Shown here: one piece after another, positions 59,752-64,000 of the stretch
Position numbering within the stretch: position 1 is the first letter of the stretch
How the letters are laid out: every line of letters starts with the position of its first letter
Assembly: GCA_016933575.1 (NCBI GenBank)
Contig: JAFGAR010000088.1
Coordinates: forward strand, 192,001 to 256,000
Reading direction: 5' to 3'
DNA: 64,000 bases
Source: Candidatus Thorarchaeota archaeon
GTDB lineage: Archaea; Asgardarchaeota; Thorarchaeia; Thorarchaeales; Thorarchaeaceae
Position numbers and translations under genes: made by a program
Notes under the pieces: generated by a model
What the model was told of the DNA's origin: nothing
The model's input: only the letters and a program-made list of their open reading frames with translations
Database searches by the model: none

Positions 59752-61101
59752 TTGAGTCTTGATGATTCTGGTTATAGTGGTACTCTTTTAGAAAAACTCT
59801 CCTTGCTTAAAATAAAGATTGGAGATACTATCAAAATCACACAAGGCGGCACTGAATACACAGGAGTATTAATGCCTAGAAGTCAAATTGGAGCTGACTC
59901 TGCTCATATAGTTATCAAGCTGAAAAGCGGGTACAATATTGGAATACGATTGGATGAAGATGCCATACTTCACCATATCCAAACCACCAAACGAAATCAT
60001 AGAAAATCCTCCAGTCCTGAAGTAGAGAGAGCCAATCTACAGAAAGTATCTATTCTAAGTACTGGTGGCACGATTGCAAGTAAGGTTGATTATCAGACTG
60101 GTGCAGTAAATCCAGCACTAACAGCGCAAGATCTCTATGACACAGTACCTGAACTCCAGAATTATGCTAATATTCAAGCAAAAGTTATCATGAGTATTCT
60201 TTCTGAGAATATCCGACCTACTGATTGGACAAAAATAGCTCAAAAAGTTGTATCTGAGATAAAAACTGGTTCAGATGGAGTCGTTGTAGCACATGGTACT
60301 GATACCCTTGGTTTCACTGCAGCCGCACTGTCATTCGCTCTTCAAAATCTTCCAGTACCTGTGATTCTCGTTGGTTCTCAGCGTTCTTCAGACCGTCCAT
60401 CTTCCGATTCCGCAATGAATCTCATAGGTGCAGTGAATTTGGCAGCAAAGGCTGATGTTGCTGAAGTCCTTATTCTGATGCATGCTGAAACTAGTGACAG
60501 TTTTCTTTATGCTCATCGAGGTACCAGAGTACGGAAGCTGCATACTAGTCGAAGAGATGCCTTTCAATCTGTGAATGACTATCCTCTATTTCGGATAGAA
60601 TCCGATACAATCGATGAATTACATACCCCATTACTACGAAGAGATAAGGACAGAAAGATTGCCTTGAAAACCAAATTCGAAGAAAAAGTGGCATTATTGA
60701 AAACATATCCTGGTATCGAACCCCTACTGATAGAACATCTAATCGACAGTGGTTATCGCGGACTAATAATAGAAGGAACCGGTCTTGGCCATACACCTGA
60801 TTGCATACAGTCGTCCATCAAGAGAGCAATTGACTCTGGAATTGTAGTTGCAATGACAAGCCAATGTCTTTTTGGAAGAACAGACATGAATGTCTATCGT
60901 TCTGGAGTAGAACTTCTTGAAATTGGAGTTATTTCTTGTGAGGATATGCTTCCTGAAACAGCTCTGGTAAAACTCATGTGGGCTTTAGCCAATACCAAAG
61001 ACCCTGAAGATGCAAAGAATCTCCTTTTGCAACCTCTTGTTGGTGAAATAGATCTGCGGAGTGAAGAATCCGAATACGTACCGAGAACAGGGAGATTTTG
61101 A
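59752..61101 (+). CDS. gatD: Glu-tRNA(Gln) amidotransferase subunit D
   Basis: KLKSGYNIG, TGGTIAS, HGTDT, SQRSSDRPSSD. Confidence 0.96.
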   Translation: MSLDDSGYSGTLLEKLSLLKIKIGDTIKITQGGTEYTGVLMPRSQIGADSAHIVIKLKSGYNIGIRLDEDAILHHIQTTKRNHRKSSSPEVERANLQKVSILSTGGTIASKVDYQTGAVNPALTAQDLYDTVPELQNYANIQAKVIMSILSENIRPTDWTKIAQKVVSEIKTGSDGVVVAHGTDTLGFTAAALSFALQNLPVPVILVGSQRSSDRPSSDSAMNLIGAVNLAAKADVAEVLILMHAETSDSFLYAHRGTRVRKLHTSRRDAFQSVNDYPLFRIESDTIDELHTPLLRRDKDRKIALKTKFEEKVALLKTYPGIEPLLIEHLIDSGYRGLIIEGTGLGHTPDCIQSSIKRAIDSGIVVAMTSQCLFGRTDMNVYRSGVELLEIGVISCEDMLPETALVKLMWALANTKDPEDAKNLLLQPLVGEIDLRSEESEYVPRTGRF

Positions 61102-61102
61102 A

Positions 61103-63019
61103 ATGGTCGACACAGAACGGTATCAGAAACTCGGATTGATGGTTGGTCTCGAGCTTCATCAGCAACTTAATACTGACAGAAAATTGTATTGTCATTGCCC
61201 TACAACAACTCGTGATGATGAACCTGATGGTACATTCATCAGAAGACTGCGACCTACTCAGAGTGAGATGGGTGAGGTTGACCCAGCAGCACTCTTCGAG
61301 TTTCAGAAACAGAAAAGATTCTGTTATGAGTACTATAACGAAACAACATGTCTTGTTGAATCTGATGAAGAACCTCCACATGATTTGTGTGAAGACGCGA
61401 TAGATATCTGTCTGACTGTCGCAAATTTTCTTCATTCCATGCCTGTTGATGAAATTCACCCAATGCGAAAGATTGTCATCGATGGATCGAACACCACAGG
61501 TTTTCAACGTACTGCAATTATTGCTAATGGCGGAGAGATATCTGTAGGCGGAAAATCCATTGGAATTCAGACCATTTGTCTCGAAGAAGATGCAGCCCGT
61601 AAGATTGCCGATGACGATAAAAATAACATGAGAATATACAGACTAGATCGTCTCGGTATCCCTTTAATTGAAGTTGCAACAGACCCCGATATTCGCTCTC
61701 CTTCTGAAGCACAAGAGGTCGCACTAGCAATAGGTCTTCTGTTAAGATCAACTGGACGAGTCAAACGAGGACTTGGAACAATTCGTCAAGATGTCAATGT
61801 ATCCATTAGGAATGGAGCTATCATTGAAATCAAAGGGTTTCAGCAACTTGATATGCTATCTACACTTATCGAATTAGAAGCTTTCCGACAAGCAAAATTA
61901 CTTGAAATCCGTGACACTCTGAAGACTCGCGGCATCACCCAAGAGGATATCAATCAAAAGTCCATTGATATTACGGACGTGTTCACAAAGACCGAATCAA
62001 AAGTGATTAGAAATGCCATCACGAATGATGGAGTTGTATATGCAATACGTCTTCCTGGTTTTTCAGGTCTTATTGGCATGGAAATTCAACCCGAACGTCG
62101 TCTAGGAACCGAATTTTCTGATTATGCAAAGTTCTGGGGAAGCGTAGGTGGAATATTCCACTCCGATGAACTACCAAAGTATGGAATTACAGATAATGAT
62201 GTATTAAAGGTCCGTAAATTGCTAAGAGCTAAAGAAGAAGATGCTGTAGTTATCGTTGCATCCTCAAAACAGAATTGTCAGGACGCTTTGGATGCAGTTA
62301 TTCTTCGTGCAAAAGAGGCTGTAAAAGGTGTGCCAGCCGAAACTCGAACTCCGCTTCCAAATGGCACTTCAAAGTATGCTCGTCCTAGACCTGGTTCATC
62401 ACGAATGTATCCCGAAACTGATGTGAGACCGGTAAAGATTACGGAGTTTCGTCTAAATAAAATCAAGAAGAATATGCCTGAAACAATAGAGCATCGTGAG
62501 AAGAGATTCATCAAAGAATACGGGTTGAGTGCTGACCTTGCGTATCAAATTACAAGGTCAATAAACCTAGATATTTTTGAACACGTGATCAAAGAAACCG
62601 AAGTCGCACCAACACTTGTTGCCGCAACTTTGGAAAATACTCTTGTTAGTCTCTCCAGAGATCAAGTTCCTACTGAGAATTTACAAGAACATCACTTTAT
62701 TGATCTATTCAAATCCATTGAGAAGAATAAATTATCATCAGAGGCAATACCAACAATACTCACTCATCTTGCCAACAATCCTAATCAAAGTATTGAAGCC
62801 GCCTTACAAGCTACAGACTTAGCTATGGCAAGTAGCATAGAAATTGAAGTTGCTATTAGGAGAATTGTAAAAGAAAGAGAAGGTTTCATTCGAGAACAAG
62901 GAGAGCGTTCGATAGGAGGGCTCATGGGCCTAGTCATGAAGGAATTTGGCGGAAAAATTGATGGGAAAATTGTTAGAGATCTTCTATTAGTAGAGATTCG
63001 AAAACTGCTAGAAATGTAA
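61103..63019 (+). CDS. gatE: Glu-tRNA(Gln) amidotransferase subunit E
   Basis: GLELHQQL, IDGSNTTGFQRT, RMYPETD. Confidence 0.96.
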   Translation: MVDTERYQKLGLMVGLELHQQLNTDRKLYCHCPTTTRDDEPDGTFIRRLRPTQSEMGEVDPAALFEFQKQKRFCYEYYNETTCLVESDEEPPHDLCEDAIDICLTVANFLHSMPVDEIHPMRKIVIDGSNTTGFQRTAIIANGGEISVGGKSIGIQTICLEEDAARKIADDDKNNMRIYRLDRLGIPLIEVATDPDIRSPSEAQEVALAIGLLLRSTGRVKRGLGTIRQDVNVSIRNGAIIEIKGFQQLDMLSTLIELEAFRQAKLLEIRDTLKTRGITQEDINQKSIDITDVFTKTESKVIRNAITNDGVVYAIRLPGFSGLIGMEIQPERRLGTEFSDYAKFWGSVGGIFHSDELPKYGITDNDVLKVRKLLRAKEEDAVVIVASSKQNCQDALDAVILRAKEAVKGVPAETRTPLPNGTSKYARPRPGSSRMYPETDVRPVKITEFRLNKIKKNMPETIEHREKRFIKEYGLSADLAYQITRSINLDIFEHVIKETEVAPTLVAATLENTLVSLSRDQVPTENLQEHHFIDLFKSIEKNKLSSEAIPTILTHLANNPNQSIEAALQATDLAMASSIEIEVAIRRIVKEREGFIREQGERSIGGLMGLVMKEFGGKIDGKIVRDLLLVEIRKLLEM

Positions 63020-63084
63020 TAGCCTGTACAGATTGAAGGTTAACTTTTAATAGATAATCTGAACGTGTGCCTCTACTTGATAAT

Positions 63085-63256
63085 GCCGCAGTGGCCTAGC
63101 CTGGTTAAGGCGCGAGACTCATAATCTGGCCGACATTGCGCGGTCTAAACTTGGGGTCACTGTCTCATGCCCGGCCCGAGATGCGAAATCTCGAAATCGG
63201 GGGCTCGAAACTTCATCACATAAAGTGATGATGCGAAAATCCCCCCTGCGGCACCA
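63085..63256 (+). tRNA. tRNA-Met(CAT), probably elongator, with two introns (37/38 at 63124-63187; 59/60 at 63210-63239), CCA encoded
   Basis: GCCGCAG/CTGCGGC acceptor; CGAGA-CTCATA..A-TCTCG; GGGGG-CTCGAA..T-CCCCC. Confidence 0.85.
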
Positions 63257-63290
63257 ATTCATTCAGTTAATCTTTTCTGAAGATTTCGTA

Positions 63291-63575
63291 ATGGATATAG
63301 ATTTTTTATGCCTCTACGTTGGAAATATTGTTGGTGTGAAAGTCGTGGAAGGATTTGAAGAATCAAACATCCCCAAACCGATTCATGAGCAATTGAGAAA
63401 TCATCTTGGCAAACACGTTAATGTTTGGGCTGCTGGTCGTGTATTGAGAAAGAGCGGAATATTATTGCAAGTTGGTTTGGATTATATAGAAATAGGTCAA
63501 GTTCGGAATGAAGAAGTTGTGGAACGCCAGTATATCCTTCTTAATCAAATTTTCCTCATAGAACCTAAAAAGTAA
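63291..63575 (+). CDS. Small hypothetical protein, possible Sm/SH3-like beta fold
   Basis: LGKHVNV..GILLQVGLDYIEI..YILLNQI pattern. Confidence 0.55.
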   Translation: MDIDFLCLYVGNIVGVKVVEGFEESNIPKPIHEQLRNHLGKHVNVWAAGRVLRKSGILLQVGLDYIEIGQVRNEEVVERQYILLNQIFLIEPKK

Positions 63576-63703
63576 GATATTGGTTTCTAATATGATACCG
63601 TTTCTTCATTTATAAAGAACATAGGGTTTCTATCCTTTTTAGTGCTCTTTTAGAATAACTAATTCATTGATGGGATTATTAGGAATAATCCACACTGAAG
63701 AAT

Positions 63704-63913
63704 ATGACATGCGAGAAATGGAAACTAGTTGGTGGTCGTGTCTATAGACTCGCAGAGGTCTTTGATAATATGTTAGACGCAGTAAGTCTTGCAAGAGAAA
63801 TGAAGAAATCAGATCATGTATTTCTATCGAAGACAAAGGACAACCAATGGGCTGTATACTGGCGAGCTAGACGACCTCAGATTCAATGTGAAGCGAAATA
63901 TTACAGCGTCTAA
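63704..63913 (+). CDS. Small hypothetical protein
   Basis: 69-aa ORF with plausible composition (WAVYWR). Confidence 0.55.
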   Translation: MTCEKWKLVGGRVYRLAEVFDNMLDAVSLAREMKKSDHVFLSKTKDNQWAVYWRARRPQIQCEAKYYSV

Positions 63914-64000
63914 CAATCATGTGGGTGTTTAATACCGTAGAACTATACCCAAGTCTATGATATCCGACCCACAATTTACTGAAGCTGGAATAGATGATAG

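Overview
This is an AT-rich archaeal chromosome segment. Gene content (Rpo8, GPN-loop GTPase, Gins23, PAN, TFE, GatDE, intron-rich tRNAs) fits TACK/Asgard; a Thorarchaeia-like Asgard archaeon is my inference. The window is mostly housekeeping: a replication cluster (hel308, mcm, gins23, rfcS, rfcL, cdc6), RNA-modification, translation and metabolic genes, and six tRNAs, five of which carry 1-2 BHB introns. Three non-routine elements stand out. (1) A probable replication origin at ~40.9-41.2 kb: inverted ORB boxes around an AT-rich core, bracketed by GAACACGTGTTC palindromes, ~23 kb from cdc6. It lies in a ~15-kb zone (37.8-53.2 kb) with ~17 tandem GTAWTAC repeats of 9-bp period. The zone includes an operon for an ExeA/TnsC-like AAA+ ATPase and a ribbon-helix-helix protein, with the same repeat in its promoter. 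This is a candidate novel origin-linked chromosome partition system. (2) An unassigned ~190-nt structured RNA inside that zone. (3) A dispersed pilus/DNA-transfer-like locus: TFB paralog, TadA/VirB11 ATPase, Flp-like pilin, two Ig-like surface proteins, a membrane-anchored HerA/VirB4-like ATPase and a VirB2-like pilin. All calls were made by eye, without database searches.
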